64,000 nt of DNA, taken from NCBI GenBank assembly GCA_002633005.1, contig NMRA01000351.1:173258-237257 (forward strand), in the 5' to 3' direction. The notes beneath the pieces were generated by a model, which searched no databases, was not told the origin of the DNA, and saw nothing but the letters and a program-made list of their open reading frames with translations. Shown here piece after piece: positions 14,001 to 28,200 of this stretch (positions are counted from its first letter, which is position 1; each line of letters starts with the position of its first letter). The position numbers were made by a program, and so were the translations under genes. The stretch comes from Phoronis australis (taxonomy: Eukaryota; Animalia; Phoronida).

Positions 14001-16177
14001 AATTATAGGCCGTCGATGGAATTACCAAACGTGTGTTTAATAAATACATAACCGAAATTTGTTGACTGTAATCACATAGGTCTGACTTCAATAGTCACTA
14101 TCCAACAACATTTTCTATAGAAAAATATTCATTGCATTCTTCTTTTGGCAGATATGTGACAAAGCGAGTCCCAGTGCGGGTGAGGCGGTTAGTGAATGAC
14201 GAAGAATGTTGCGATGGGTGGACAGGTGCAAACTGTGACGAACGTAAGTTCATTTCAACTTTAACCGGAAGTTCATTGACGTCACTACCATCTGTTTGAA
14301 GTCCGATCCATACACTGGACTAAAGTACACAAGGGCATGATCTGTTATTGAACACACCCAAGTCGTCTTCCTTTCCCGCTGTATGTGCGTCTTTAAGACA
14401 GATTGAAGAAACATTTTCTTGAGTTCTAACTCCCGTTTATTAAGGCTGAAACCAAGTAAAAAAGCAAGACTTCGTGAGAATACGTGAGATATGACCGTGT
14501 ATTTTATATTAGAACACGTGATTTTGGCTAGACTTTAGCTAGGTCCTAGCGCTACTGTACGCAAGCCTGATCTTTCGCACTTGACTATTTGACCACGTCT
14601 CCGATTCACAATCTTACGTCGATATGGTTCCGACGTCTCTGATTCACAACCTCAGGGCGATATGTTCACCAAGTCTCCATTCACATTTTTGCGTCGATTA
14701 AGTCCCCACGTCTTCGATTCGCAGTTTTACGTTCATAAGGTCCACGTGTTTCTGTCTTACGTCGATGAGGTCCCGGGTCTAATCCTTTACAGGGAATTTA
14801 ACACGAAATACTGTTTATCATCTTCTTTTCTACTTTCTGAACTCAAGAACTTGTCTCTTATTCAGGCTATGCTTAAATACACAATAGGTCACGTGGGCCA
14901 ATTTCTAATTATAATTTGCACTTGATGACCCCATCGTTCCCATTACATTTTAATATGCACGTATGCGTTTATATTCAGTAGGTCTACGTGGTACCTTTCT
15001 CATACCTGTATTGTCTCTCAGCGATACACGTACTCCGTTATCATGCTGTTTTGCTCCTTCAACACTGATTCCATCGTATGTTATTTTCACTTATTGAACA
15101 GGAAAAACAATTTACGGAGATCTGTTACTCCCGACTTCATCATCCTCATCGTGATATTTTCAGATGCTCCAGATCTCAAACGTATATTTGTGTTTCATAT
15201 GCCAGTTAGTACTTTTGTTACCAGAGTTATAATTAAATTCCAGGATCTTTCGTCAGAGCTTATAGGGACCTGACAACGCCCTCTGGGGACTACAGTCACT
15301 TCTGTGGAGTTTGGGGCACCGACTCACCAAACGTCGAAAAGTTCCACATCTCTACATTCAACCAGACGCAATACCGTATGTATTTTCCTTCTACACCTTT
15401 TGACATTCCGCAATGAATTTTTGTCTGCCACATTAAATATTTATTTTTTGGAACAGGGAACCATCACTTAAATCATTCATTTTACGACTTTTTCTGATTT
15501 GTATTTTTTTTCTTAAACCGTATTCTCTCACCGTTATACAAAAATCCCTATAATACGCAAACATACAAATATACGTATATACATACATACGTATATGCAT
15601 ACATACATACATACATCGTTGAAAACACGACTAAACTTTTTGTTTGAAAGCTTCATACCGATTCGCTCGTAGTGTCAGAACAATCTCTTTTCTTCAGGTG
15701 TGCAGCTACATAGTTAAACACCGAGAAACAAAAGCAAACAAATTAAAACACTAGCTATATTTCGAGACTGCATGTCTCATCATCAGGCAATAAGTGAAGT
15801 GAACATGTACGCAGCGAAATAAACAATTTTTGTGTAAACGAAGGGCTGATACCGAACTATACATACATACACACATACATACATAAATACATACATAAAT
15901 ACATACATACATACACATATACATACACGCATACATACATACATACATACACACACACATAATACATACATACATACATACACACTTACATACACGCATA
16001 CATACATACATTAAATACATACATACATACATACATACACACATACATACACGCATACATACATACGTGTACATACATACATACATACATACATAATACA
16101 TACATACATACACACATACATACACGCATACATACTTATATACATACCTACATACATACATACACACATACATATAT

Positions 16178-16242
<65 letters not shown>

Positions 16243-19200
16243 TACATACTTATATAAACGTCGTTCAAAACACGTCTGGACTTTTTGTTTGACAGCCTAA
16301 TGCAGACTCGCTGGTAGTGTCTAAACTACACGTATATGCCAGATTATTTGGTCACTACAGGTGAGTCTGTATTAAACTGTCAAACAAAAGGCTCTGTCGT
16401 GTTTTCAACGAAGATTGTGATAAGGAAGGACTGCTACCGAACTATACTGATACATACATATATATTAACCGAAACTCCATTTTTTTTGGAATAAAGAGTG
16501 AAAAGCAGACCGCAATTTTACTTTTCTATGTCGTTAATTCTTCGCTTATTATTTCCCATTTCTGGAGACATTGCTTATACGAAAAACAAATTGGTAAGTA
16601 ACGAGGCTGGAATTGAAAATCTGCACATCTCGGCCATTGAAAAGTGAGGGTGTCTAGCTTACTTGGACCGTATGACGTATTTGAAATTTACCCCTTGCGC
16701 CACTACTTTCGGTTCGAGGTAGTGCATTTTAATAATTACATTAAAATCGACTGAAAAGGTCCGAATACGTACATGTATTTCGAAAAATAAACGTAAAACG
16801 TAACACTGTGATCAGCATTAGGCCTATAAGGAAGGTACATGCAATATTCCAAGAAAAGCATTTATTTGTTTGTTCGTTCTTTCAGCGCTAACGCTGTCGT
16901 CTAGCGGAGCCAGCACCAACCTCCTCAAAGACTGCAGCAATCCTTTTGAGGCCGATGATCCTCTCTACTATATACAAGCAGAAAAACTTGCATGCGAAGA
17001 AACTGGAGACAGCCAATGCACATTGAAACTTATTGTAAGTGAAGTTTTGACAAGAAGCGTTTACAATTTTAAAAATTACGACTTTAACTCAAAGCCGTTT
17101 TTTCTGGAAGAACTGACTTCACTACACACAAATTTAAAGACCTACGACTGGTCAGTTACATTCAGCCGGGTTCGCAAACTTCAAAATTTATAAAAAACGA
17201 AGCCAACTGCTTCAAATTTCCGTTGAGCACATTTTGATCATGTGTAATAAACTCGCCATATTAAAAAACGAAGCCATATTTTTAAAAAATGCCACTGTAG
17301 GTTCTGTCTAATGTAGACGTGAGTCAAGGTGTTTGCAAAAGGCCCGCCCTGTAGCACATGTAATTAAGTCGTCACAGCTCAGACACATGTGGACAGTATA
17401 CAAATAAGTTCATCAAGCTTTTACAAAATAACATACAACTTTCATAACTTAGTGCATAATTTTTACCGCATAGTTATCAGTCGACAACTGTTCTTTACTG
17501 AAAGAAAAACTAAAAACAGAGTGAACTCTAAACGGATCACATAGTAAGACTTTTCGCCACACATATCATCGACAAGAAGACATTGCAATGTAAAAGGCAC
17601 GACTTGTCAGCAACGGAACAGTATGTGTAGAGCCCATCAGACAATTAACATTTTGTACGATGGATGAAGTATTACTGCGTTGGTTTTTGTTGTCCATATC
17701 CTACCAATTGAGAAATGCATGGAATTCAACGTTGCACACATTTCCCAAAAACGCCATTGGCATGTCCGCCGATTTTTACCCTTTTATATACATTGTCTTT
17801 TCTGAAGAAAACTCGGGTATGCCATTGTTCCGAGTAAACAAGTAGCATCTACCCAACTGTCAGCTGACAGAACAGACGATGAGATCGCATGCGTGACCTC
17901 TTTGGATTCCTATGGTCTGGGTGGTGCAGGGATCGATTTTCGTAATTCGTAACTGGTCACTACAAGGTGAAAAATAATCAAATGTGTTCACAAGAAGGGC
18001 CGCATCTAGTTTATACTACCACTCATACTAAACAAGGCTTTGTCCTATTTTAATAGATAGTAAGATCAATTATTGTATCCACCTTTCTATAACAAATCCT
18101 CGTCAACCCTCAAAATTTTGATCAAATTTTTGAAACACTTACAAAGCCTGCTAAACAGGCAAGTGTGAGCTACGCTTTAGGGGAGTTACGTAACAATTGT
18201 GGGAAAAACAGCCCACTCGTCTGCGACACAGTAACCATTATGTGTTTTCGTCGGTAACACGCCAGTGGTGCGAATGGAGGATTGTTTGAGAACACCAAAA
18301 CAGGGGTTTGCACAAGAACAACGAAGTGTGTCTTTTGTGAAATATATACTGAAAGGGTTATTCCTAGTAAAAAGACGAATCTGTCGGACGCGTGTTCTTC
18401 CCAAGGGATTACAAAACGATACCGATAACAAAAACATTTAGTATGTTCACATGAGTGGCGAAAACGCAGCGGTTTTACTAGCTAAAACGCTATCGATAAA
18501 AAAAATAGACAAGGTGTCATCGAAGGGCTCACTTCCAACCACTCACAACCAGAGTCGCTCTTGTTTTTGAGTAAACTTTTAAAATCACTCTCTGCTAACC
18601 CAAAGAGTGGCACATAGCTGTTCACATGAGTGGCATTAACATGGGCGGCGCAGCACTGAAAAAAGTGGGGGGCTAAAGTCCCCTCATCCCCCTGTAGTGC
18701 ACCACCTATCGACTATGTGCAGCGTGGCACTGAAAAATGTGCGGCTATAGCCCCTCCTCCCCAACCCGCCTATGATTAACGAATGCGCTAGCGAAACCGC
18801 GAACGTTTCAGCCACTGTGAGCACGGACTATCATATCGGAGGCAGCAAATGTTCCCCAATGGTTTTAGGCTTCACTAAGAATGTAATTTAAGTTATTCTA
18901 GTGGGCAATTGTTTTAACTTCTGACCTTGCTCAAAGGTGTATTACAACGGTCAACGGATTGTTATTGGACCCAACCTCAAGGCTACAGTGAACGGTAATC
19001 CAAAGACAATCCCAGGAACAGTGTCAGCGGTGATGATTCAGGTCGTAGCCAATAAGGTTGTAGTTTCTGGTCTTTTGAAAGGTAAGTTTATTGTCATATA
19101 CGTGGTAATATATGTACATGGAGTACTTTAATATTTTTTCAATAGTCTCATTGACATCACATAATGAAGTTGACCAACACGGCACTTGACGTTGAGAATC

Positions 19201-22200
19201 TTCATCACTAGACTAGGTACTTGGTGATGACGTCACTTACTACCAGTGTATTCCTTGTTTGAAAACGATATTTTTGTTAATTGACTCTACATTGATTTAG
19301 TAACGGTGAATAAATAAATTCTTATACAGGGTTATCCGTGGTTTACGATGCACCGTCTAGAATCTACTTACTGTTAAACAAGCAAGTCTTAAGTGAGGAT
19401 ATTTGCGGCGCGTGTGGTGACTTCAAAGACAGCCACATAGTTACCAAAATACACAATCCCTTGGTACCGTCTGAGTACATCAATCCTCATGTCGTCAGCG
19501 GTATTATAACGGCATATCCAGTGAACTATTGTGAAGTCCATAATACGGATCTGGTAAGTACGAATTGGATGTCTTGAGTGAATGTTTTTTAGCACAAACT
19601 GCATTTGACTTGTTATCACTGCCCTAACCACTTCCGGTAATTATTCGCCTGCTGTCTTCAGAAGTATTTTCAAGTCAGTGCCGCCTTGCGGCGGACACGT
19701 TTAGCATTGCAACAAACTATAGCTTCACTTGCTCCTCAGAGTCCTACTTCAATATTACCATGTAAAAGCAACTCTGTGATTCTGTATTTCCATTCTTATA
19801 AAGTACCACGAGAAAAAGTGCAACACGATTACCACAGCTGCTTAAAAGGAAGAATACCATATGGGTTTCAATCAGGTGCTTTGTTTTACATCCTAACATT
19901 TGCAATCTTTTTTACCAACTTAGTCATTTTTTGATGGCTTCATACTGCAGGCTTCCATTTTTTGGTCATTGTCACCATCATGATTGACAGACTTGGTCAT
20001 TAAAGTGAGTGACAATATTGGTTACTTCAAGGTGACAACAGCTGAATCTGAATGCCACAAGGGCAAATTCCACTCGGACGTTTGGGATGTTTGTGCTGAT
20101 CTGGTTGACATTGACAAATACATACAAATGTGCACCACAGACTACTGTTTGTGCAACGCGTCTCACAGCGAGAATGAAACGTGCAAGATTGATGTGTGTT
20201 CATACGCCCACATGCTGAGCAGAGAGTGTGAATACTTTGGTGTAAATGTCGCTTCGTGGAGACAAGAATATGACTGCCGTAAGTTTTTTAAGTTGACGAA
20301 TTAGCCGCGTACGATAATGGATCACAGACAATGTACCAACACTAAGTACCACAGTAAACTATTTCCAATGAAGTCCTCGGCAAACAGTGACACATTTAGG
20401 GGGGGGGGGGGGGTNCTCCCATATTCCATTTGGCAGTTCGGGGTTGCGAACGCCTGACGGGCAAAATCAGGGCTGTCCTGGCACTCCTAACTCAAAATCC
20501 TGGACCTCCCTGAAAAAGACACGTCCTTGATTGAACTCTTCTCGTTTGTGTCCCGTGAAAATGCATTTCATGGTCGACTTTATTTTATCATGTCATACGC
20601 TCATGTGTTGCTAAACAAGGGAATAGCAATACACTGTGCAAAAATTACTCATGTTTGCATTTTTGCAAATTTCTTGGTGTCAGTATCGCATATCAAAATA
20701 CAGTCATACAAATTTGCCTTTACTACATTGGTCATTACATAAAACTAAGAATGTGATATAGTGACTACATGTGATAAATCAAGATATGTGGTTGACAAAT
20801 CAGGATTGTCTTTTCGTTGACACGCTACAACGGCGTTCTTTGCGAAACAATTTATGCCAATGATAGTAATTGGTGTGTTGGTCACTAATGTGAATTTCTA
20901 AATTCACGAAGAATTTCAAAAATAGAATGTCATGCTATCAAACAATGTAAAAAAATTGGTGAAGTCTATTTACTGGTAACGACTTTGTCCAGTTACGTTG
21001 TCGTGTAAACAAGTTACAGTCGTATCTACCGTATAGGTACTGTACGTTGTAAGGCGATTAACATTACATGTATACCAAGAGCGAGGGTAATATCAGGTTA
21101 TATGGACCGAACCCATATCGGTAGTGTTGCCTTCGGCCTTGGGTAACATTTCTGATATACACGTGGCATCGGTCTATGCCTGGTTTATTGCACGGCCTCT
21201 GATGCTTCTTTCCTCTGAAATTTTTCGTCTCTCTTTAGATTGGTTTGTTTCGATGTATATTCGATTTCTATAGCGGCACGAATGAATAGTGATATTCCAT
21301 AGTCACCGTGTGTAATATTATCGCGTTAGTGTATCACGTTTTAACCCGCAGAACTATAGGTGATTGTGTAACCACACATGTATTGATTGTCCACGATCTA
21401 ACTTGCCGAATTTGTAAGCAAATATGTTCTTTGCAGCTGCCCCTGAGTGCAGTAACGGTAAGATTTGGATGGACAAGGCCCAAGAATGTGGACGCGTGTG
21501 TGGCTCTGCCGGGTTCAAGTTAGAATGTGACGGAATTGGAGTTGAAGGATGCTTCTGTCCAAACGGTAGGTCACAGAGTCAATGTTTCCAACTTACTTCG
21601 TTCGACACTGTACTGTGCCCAAAGCCTCATGGCATAGTAACTTTGCCGTTTGGATAAAGCTAGTATCGTGGAGTTTGATAGGATTGTGTTAGATATATAA
21701 GTTTTCATATATAACTTGTGCGTGATAGGTCACATTACCTGCCACCGGGCAGGGACAAGTGTTGGGTTCCTGTATGGTAGGTTTCCTTTATCAAAATTGG
21801 AGATCTCACCGAATCAGGGATAAGCATGAATCGGTCATGTCTATTGATCTGAACTCTGTTTTGAAGAATATGTGATTATATGCATGGAAAATTTGAAGTC
21901 ACTCATCATAGCTCCACCGTTCATATACGTTGGAGATAATTATGATGTACTTGCTCTGGTCTAACGCAGTATCGATTTAATACTTTTGGCACTTTCTTGT
22001 TTTGTCATTTCGTGACCTTTTTCACTTGCAAATACGATGTTGCAGACCAACTTTGGAACGGCACATACTGTGTAGCGTACGAAGATTGCACTTGTTGGAG
22101 GGGTCACGCAGAAAACGCTGTGTCCTACGAAGTGGGGCAATACTTCAAGGCTGACTGTGAAACCTGGTAAATTAAGATTGTGGACAGAGCTGAGCTTTCC

Positions 22201-25200
22201 TTAGTTAGGGGTTGTCTGAATCAGGACTGGTCATACAATGAGAGGAACAGACCATTTAATGAAAATGACGGACATTTAAGTGCTGATAACTACCAGCAAT
22301 AAATAGGAATGGGTAGAGGGCATGAGCGGGATGGTCGGGTACGAATTGGGAATGATGTGTACAAAACAGGGAAGTTAAGGAAAGAAATTGGACGCACGGG
22401 CTGTGATGGAAGTACCAAGGGTGGGAATATAGCGTCTTGTTTGATTTATTAGCACGTCATCCAACATGTGTCGACTTTTGAAGTAGACATAGTAAGCAAA
22501 CGACCCCCAACTTCAACAACCATTCAGACTGCATCAAATGAAAGTCAGAACAAGCATTTTTAGGAGCTTAATTACTTTACACAGGTACATGGAGTTTATC
22601 TTATTTGTGCGTGCCGGTGTACTGTAGGCTATACCGTGAGTGCTGCGTGTACATACGTTCAGCGTTAATTGACACACTACACGACAATGACTTGCATGTA
22701 ACTCTGCAGTACATTTTGTACATGTACTAAAGCTATCACGAGGATAGCGTATTCACTCTCTGTAGTTGATATCTTCCATTCTGGCCATGTCAGCCTCGTC
22801 CTCGTAATTTCTTATCCTCGCCTCCCAGTTGAATCTTTTATCCCCGTCTCACCAACCGTCGTTCCCATCTATCAAATGTTTACACGTGAACAGCGCTTTT
22901 GATCAAAACAAACGTGACATGAATGTAAGTACATGTATAACTGTATACCCAAGAGGAGCTTCCTTAACTAGCGCTTATGGGCCAGATGTGATCCTCACAT
23001 TAATCAATACAGGCAAACCAAACATTTTATTAAAAATGCAATAAAAACATCACAAAAAATAAAATGACTTGTCCCCGCTAGTGTTCTTTATTCGTTATAT
23101 TTATAGATATAGCTGTAAAATAAAGGTGCGTATAAACATGCCAACATCCTGGCGTCAGTTAAATAAGGATCTTTTGCCCTTAAACATAGACAAGTCATAG
23201 CAACTGAATGTCAAAAAATGTATAAGGTCGTCATTTAAGAAATTTCTAAATCTTTCTGAGACGGGTGTCTTGCATCCACACATGGTGCATACTCCTAAAA
23301 CGTTTTTAGTCGAGCTGTTTGATTTTTGTTTGTGTCAGCCACTGATGCACAATTCGGCTGTTTTATTTTTAGCGAGTCTGCGTCGTAAACACGCTCCGCA
23401 AAAATCGTTTAAAAAATTAACAAATATTCGACAGAATTTCGTTTTTATAGAACACATTAGCGGGGACGGAAACAGTAAAATACCATTAAATGTACTTCCA
23501 AACTACAAAATTTAAAGCGGTATGCATTAAACTAGTGCTTTCTGCCAAAAAACAAGTTTTACATGTAATTTAGACCTGTTAAGTTAAAATTGGTTTATTG
23601 TATTAGTCGTAGATTAGTTTAAAAGCATTTGCATGGCTTGGAGAGAGCTTGTAGTACGTTTTTTCATCAGTCCAAGCTAATGAAGTTCAGACTCAGGGAG
23701 GATTGATGACCTTGGTCTGAATAAAGACCGAAATGCCTGGTCTTTCGAACCCATAAACATCCCCTATTTTGGTAAGCTACCTAAATCAAAACTTATGTAG
23801 ACAGAAGCACTGCATTAACGCTGCATCATGTGCATGTTTTCATCCCATACAATTGTTCGTTTTTTAGCACGTGCCAAAGCGGCGGGAAATGGGAGTGCGT
23901 CACTAACGACTGCAGTGGCACATGTAGTTTAGAAGGAGGACCTCTCTTCAATACTTTCGACGATAAACGCATGAATTTCGCAAGTCAGTGTGAATTTGTG
24001 CTCACTATGCCGAATCCTCGAGCAGGAGGATACCACTTTGACAACCCGTTCACTATTTGGGTCGACAACTCAAAATGTGACAACAGCGGCAAACCCTGTC
24101 ACAGAATTATTAACGTTAATTATGGGAACAAAGTACCACAAACAGAAGTCAGGTAAACAGTTGTGATTTTGTACTATTCGCCGGCACCTGCGCCACAGCT
24201 AGAATCTAAGTCAATCGACTTTGGCGCGTGCTGTCGCATTGAGCTAATCCGACTATCGCGCGATAGTTTCAGACGAAACAGCTCGATAATCTCTTGTTAT
24301 ATCGAGTAAACCTATCAAAAGCTATATTCATCGGAAATGCCTGCTTCTGGTAATAGGGATTCATTTTTCTGCTTCCCTTACTCGTAAATTGTCGCTTTGG
24401 CGAACTATTTTCGTCATCCTTGAGTCTGATATTGTCTTTCAGAATTAACGGCTTCCAAGTTACCATGAATGGACACGCACTCAAGGTCCCCTACAAGAAA
24501 GGTGACGTTACAATATGGATGCCCTCGTTCGACTCTATTCGTTTCGTTCAAACTGACGTCTTCGATATCCTTGTTGTGCAATACACGAGAATCTACTTGA
24601 AAGTTGACAAGAAATACAACTCACAGGTACTTAAACTATATTTTGCCTAGCCCCTAGGGAAACTTCGAAAACGCTATGCGAGTTTTTGGCAAAGCACAAA
24701 TAGCAATTTTGATGTAATACATTTTTGTAACTCGTCCAGACGTTGGTATGCATACATGGTTGAGCTTGAGCACCAGGACGGACGTCACAAGCTCAAAGTA
24801 AATTATCGTCATCACAGAAGTCACTGAAATCTTTTTCGCAAACTAGTTTCTTGGCACCCTGACCACATAACCAACACACATTTACCTACGTCGTGCCCCT
24901 CCCTCAAATAACCGTACTTTTTCGATGTCATTGTTCCGTCATCTTGTGTGTCTGGGATGTTCTAAATGCCGTGTGACTTCAAGCCGCCACCATCATTTCC
25001 ACATTCATGCGCTTTGTAAATTAAACGAGCCTTTATCCAAAATAGTGTATTTTGCAATTTGTTAAACAGCAGGTAAACCTCTTAAGTTTTGTAACGGGCA
25101 AGTCATGAATTGCTTATTTTTTAAACGGTCGCTTCTTGGTTTAATACAAGTGTTTTGCATGTAAGTTCGTTTTCTTATTCCGGATGGTGCAGCAAGGCCG

Positions 25201-28200
25201 TGTTTTTAAATACGCACATTTACGGTGTGGAACCGTTTTGTGTCATAGAGACACGTCGGATTTCAGAAATGTAAAGTAATTGGCTCCTTCCTTACCAAGG
25301 TTCATAATTCTTAAATAACTTTGTAAAGTATTAATTTTAGACTCTTTGATGATTACAGAACCTTGTTATTTGCATAAAACTTCACAGGTATCCTTAATCT
25401 TGGGAGTGCGCATTTTTCTAAAAAACCTTTATTGTCACAGAGATTGCTTTCATTTCTGAAGACACGAGTTCTTTGCATAAAACTTTATAACTATGTTCTT
25501 TTTGTTCTATTGGCTAATAGCCTGAAATTTTCTGTTAAGGAATTTTCACCAACATTCCTTTAAAAACGGAGTTCTCTTACTAGAAGGCAGTCCTACTTTT
25601 ATATCTACTAGAATAAAAAACGTGATTTGATAGTTTCGTACGAAAAATACACCAATTTCCGCGGAAAATCACGTAATAGGGTAAAACCACTATGATGTCG
25701 TTTCGAACACATAGGGTTGTAGCCCTGAACACTGACTTTGGTAGCAATTTTTGAGAGCACCTACGGGTGGTTCTACGTCGACCGCTTTTCCTGAAACTTT
25801 GTGAAGGTTTGGTTTATCCCTATACAGAAACCGAGTCACCTTTTTCTTAAAAAAGCCTCGTTTTTCGTTTTCATGCTGATTTATTTATTTATTTATTGTA
25901 ATATTTAAAACGGGGATGGTCTTTTCAGTGTCAGCACTGCCTTTCAAGAGACCCCCCAACAACAGGATGTAATATATGCACTTGCGTTGTAATCACAATC
26001 TTTATTCTTTGTACATGAAAGGCCACCGGCCCATAGGACACACCAAATAATAGAAGAATTTAAAACGATCAGAATACTGAAACATTTAGACATTAGCTCT
26101 TATTAGAAAAGCTTTCCTGATAAATTTTGGCAGATTAACTAAGAAGGTACTCGAAACGTTATTAATGTAACTTAATGTAGTGTGGCATTGTGACCATCGT
26201 AGAATAAATTGGATCCTCAAGTGATCACACAGAAAGCATCTTGTTAAGAAGTGAAATTTGTCTTCATTTTCACACAAATCAAATTTCTTGCAATATTTGC
26301 ACAGCCTTAATCCTTTATCTTCTCTTCCTCGTGCCATCTGGATTTCAAGAGTATGAGAAGAGCAACGTACATATATTTCAGTTATGTACCTACAAATCTC
26401 ACCACATTTTATAACATTCAAAAGTACAGTTGCAACTCAGCAAAATGTACAAGTATGCTTCTTGTCTTACTTTACAATCCTGTTCTTGGGAGGTGCAGTC
26501 TTGAAATCTCTGTGTAAATATTTTCAAAAAGGCACCAATATCGCCAACATTTTGTTGTGACCAAACAAAGGCAAAATCATAACCCTGCAGTAGATGTTTG
26601 ATACAACATGGCACAAAAAGTCACGCTTTCTTGCCTCTGTCATCTAATGGTTTCAACAGGTTGCAGCATTTTCTGAGGTGTCTATATTCTGGCATTTCCT
26701 TTAAGCGTAACCAGTATTTTACGCAGCTTGTAAAGTACTTTTAAATTATACAAAGTATATCGACCCAGTTCACCCAGTACAGCGGCATTGGTAATTTTTA
26801 AACCGGCTCTCAATAAGTATTTAACAATATATAATTTTTATGCTTTCTATGGAGCTGTAAAACTGAAACCCTAAACCTCAGCACCATATATGTACATTTT
26901 TTATTGTTGCGACAAGGATTGTTAGAACAGTCACATTAGCTAAATCACCAACATGTCTGCCAGACCGAACAATGCTTTGAACTACGTTTTTCCCTTCATG
27001 GCTATATCATCAGTATTTTTAGTCCACACAAGGCGTGATGGAAAAATACTACCAAGATATGTATAAGATGGATCCATTTTAATTCCCAGTGGTTTATAAA
27101 ATCATTTCTCACACCTCTTTGGTGGTGCGCCAGAGGATGTAATACAAAGCAACATAATAGAATAAAGTAGTAAAACGATAATTAAATACACGTAACAAAG
27201 CAAACATTAAAACATTTTGAGAATTTAGACAATAAATAAACAAATGGCGAAGGATGATGAAATTAGATTAAGGGACATGAAATAAAATGAAAATATGATG
27301 CTAAATAGTGAGAGTACTTACAGTAATGAAAAATAGCTAACTAAGACAGGTATATGTGTAACAATTGGTAAGTAAATTAATCCACGTTTTCACATTAAAT
27401 TTGAGAGGATTAACTGAATAGGACCGTTTAATTTTTGGAATCGAAGTAACTACTTGGCAACAGATTGTCAACAGAAGCCAGAAGCTAAACGTGGCATAAG
27501 GCAGCAAGATCGAGTCAAGCATAGCACACAAGATAACACAACGCTGCAAGGTCGAGTCAAGCAGAGCGCACAGGATAACACAACGCAACAAGATCGAGTC
27601 AAGCATAATCTCACAAGATAACACAACGCAACAAGGTCGAGTCAAGAATAGCACACAAGATAACACAACATGACAAGGTCGAGTCAAGTATAACGCACAC
27701 GATAACACAACGCAACAAGGTCGAGTCAAGAATAACGCTCAAGATAACACAACGCAACAAGGTCGAGTCAAGCATAGCGCACAAGATAACACAACGCAAC
27801 TAAGTCAAGTCAAGAGCATAACGCACAAGATAACGATGCCTCAACCAGCAGTTGCGATGATGACTTTTGAAAAGCTTGCGTCAAAGAAGTACTTGCCATT
27901 ATTGAGCAAGCACCGTGCAGTAAATAACAGTTATGGTCATTGACACCACTGGAAGTGTCGAAGCAGACAGCATTGCTGAAGTCATCTTCATGGATGATCA
28001 CCAGTTCAAGGCTTCCCAGCTTTGAACAGTACCCAGTCTTAACATAAAGTGTTGAAGCATCCACTGAGAGATGTGAACTGTAAACTACTCTGGAAAGGCT
28101 GTCTTGTGTCAACGTTCGGAAATTCTACTAAACATGCTTGAGATCTAACTCCTTAAAAGAAGATAACGACATTGTCACCAAGATTGAAACCCAGAACCAC

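Noticed and set aside
15164-15181. Possible 18-nt phase 1-1 micro-exon (APDLK) before exon 4
   Set aside because: Weak donor (gtatat), would leave a 62-nt intron, and is not needed for frame
15751-16268. MCVCVCV-type ORFs, also at 852-1106 and 34648-34941
   Set aside because: Microsatellite translations
20399-20415. Poly-G run as a G-quadruplex element
   Set aside because: Adjacent to an ambiguous base (n at 20415), so run length is unreliable
23703-23742. Third hammerhead-like motif (TGATGA..GGTC/GACC GAAA..GTC)
   Set aside because: Core lacks the conserved C, has a 4-nt insertion, and stems I and III are unconvincing
27337-27835. Cys-rich minus-strand ORFs (TRPCCVVLSC repeats)
   Set aside because: Translation of a 42-bp minisatellite whose length is a multiple of 3; no splice signals or domain pattern
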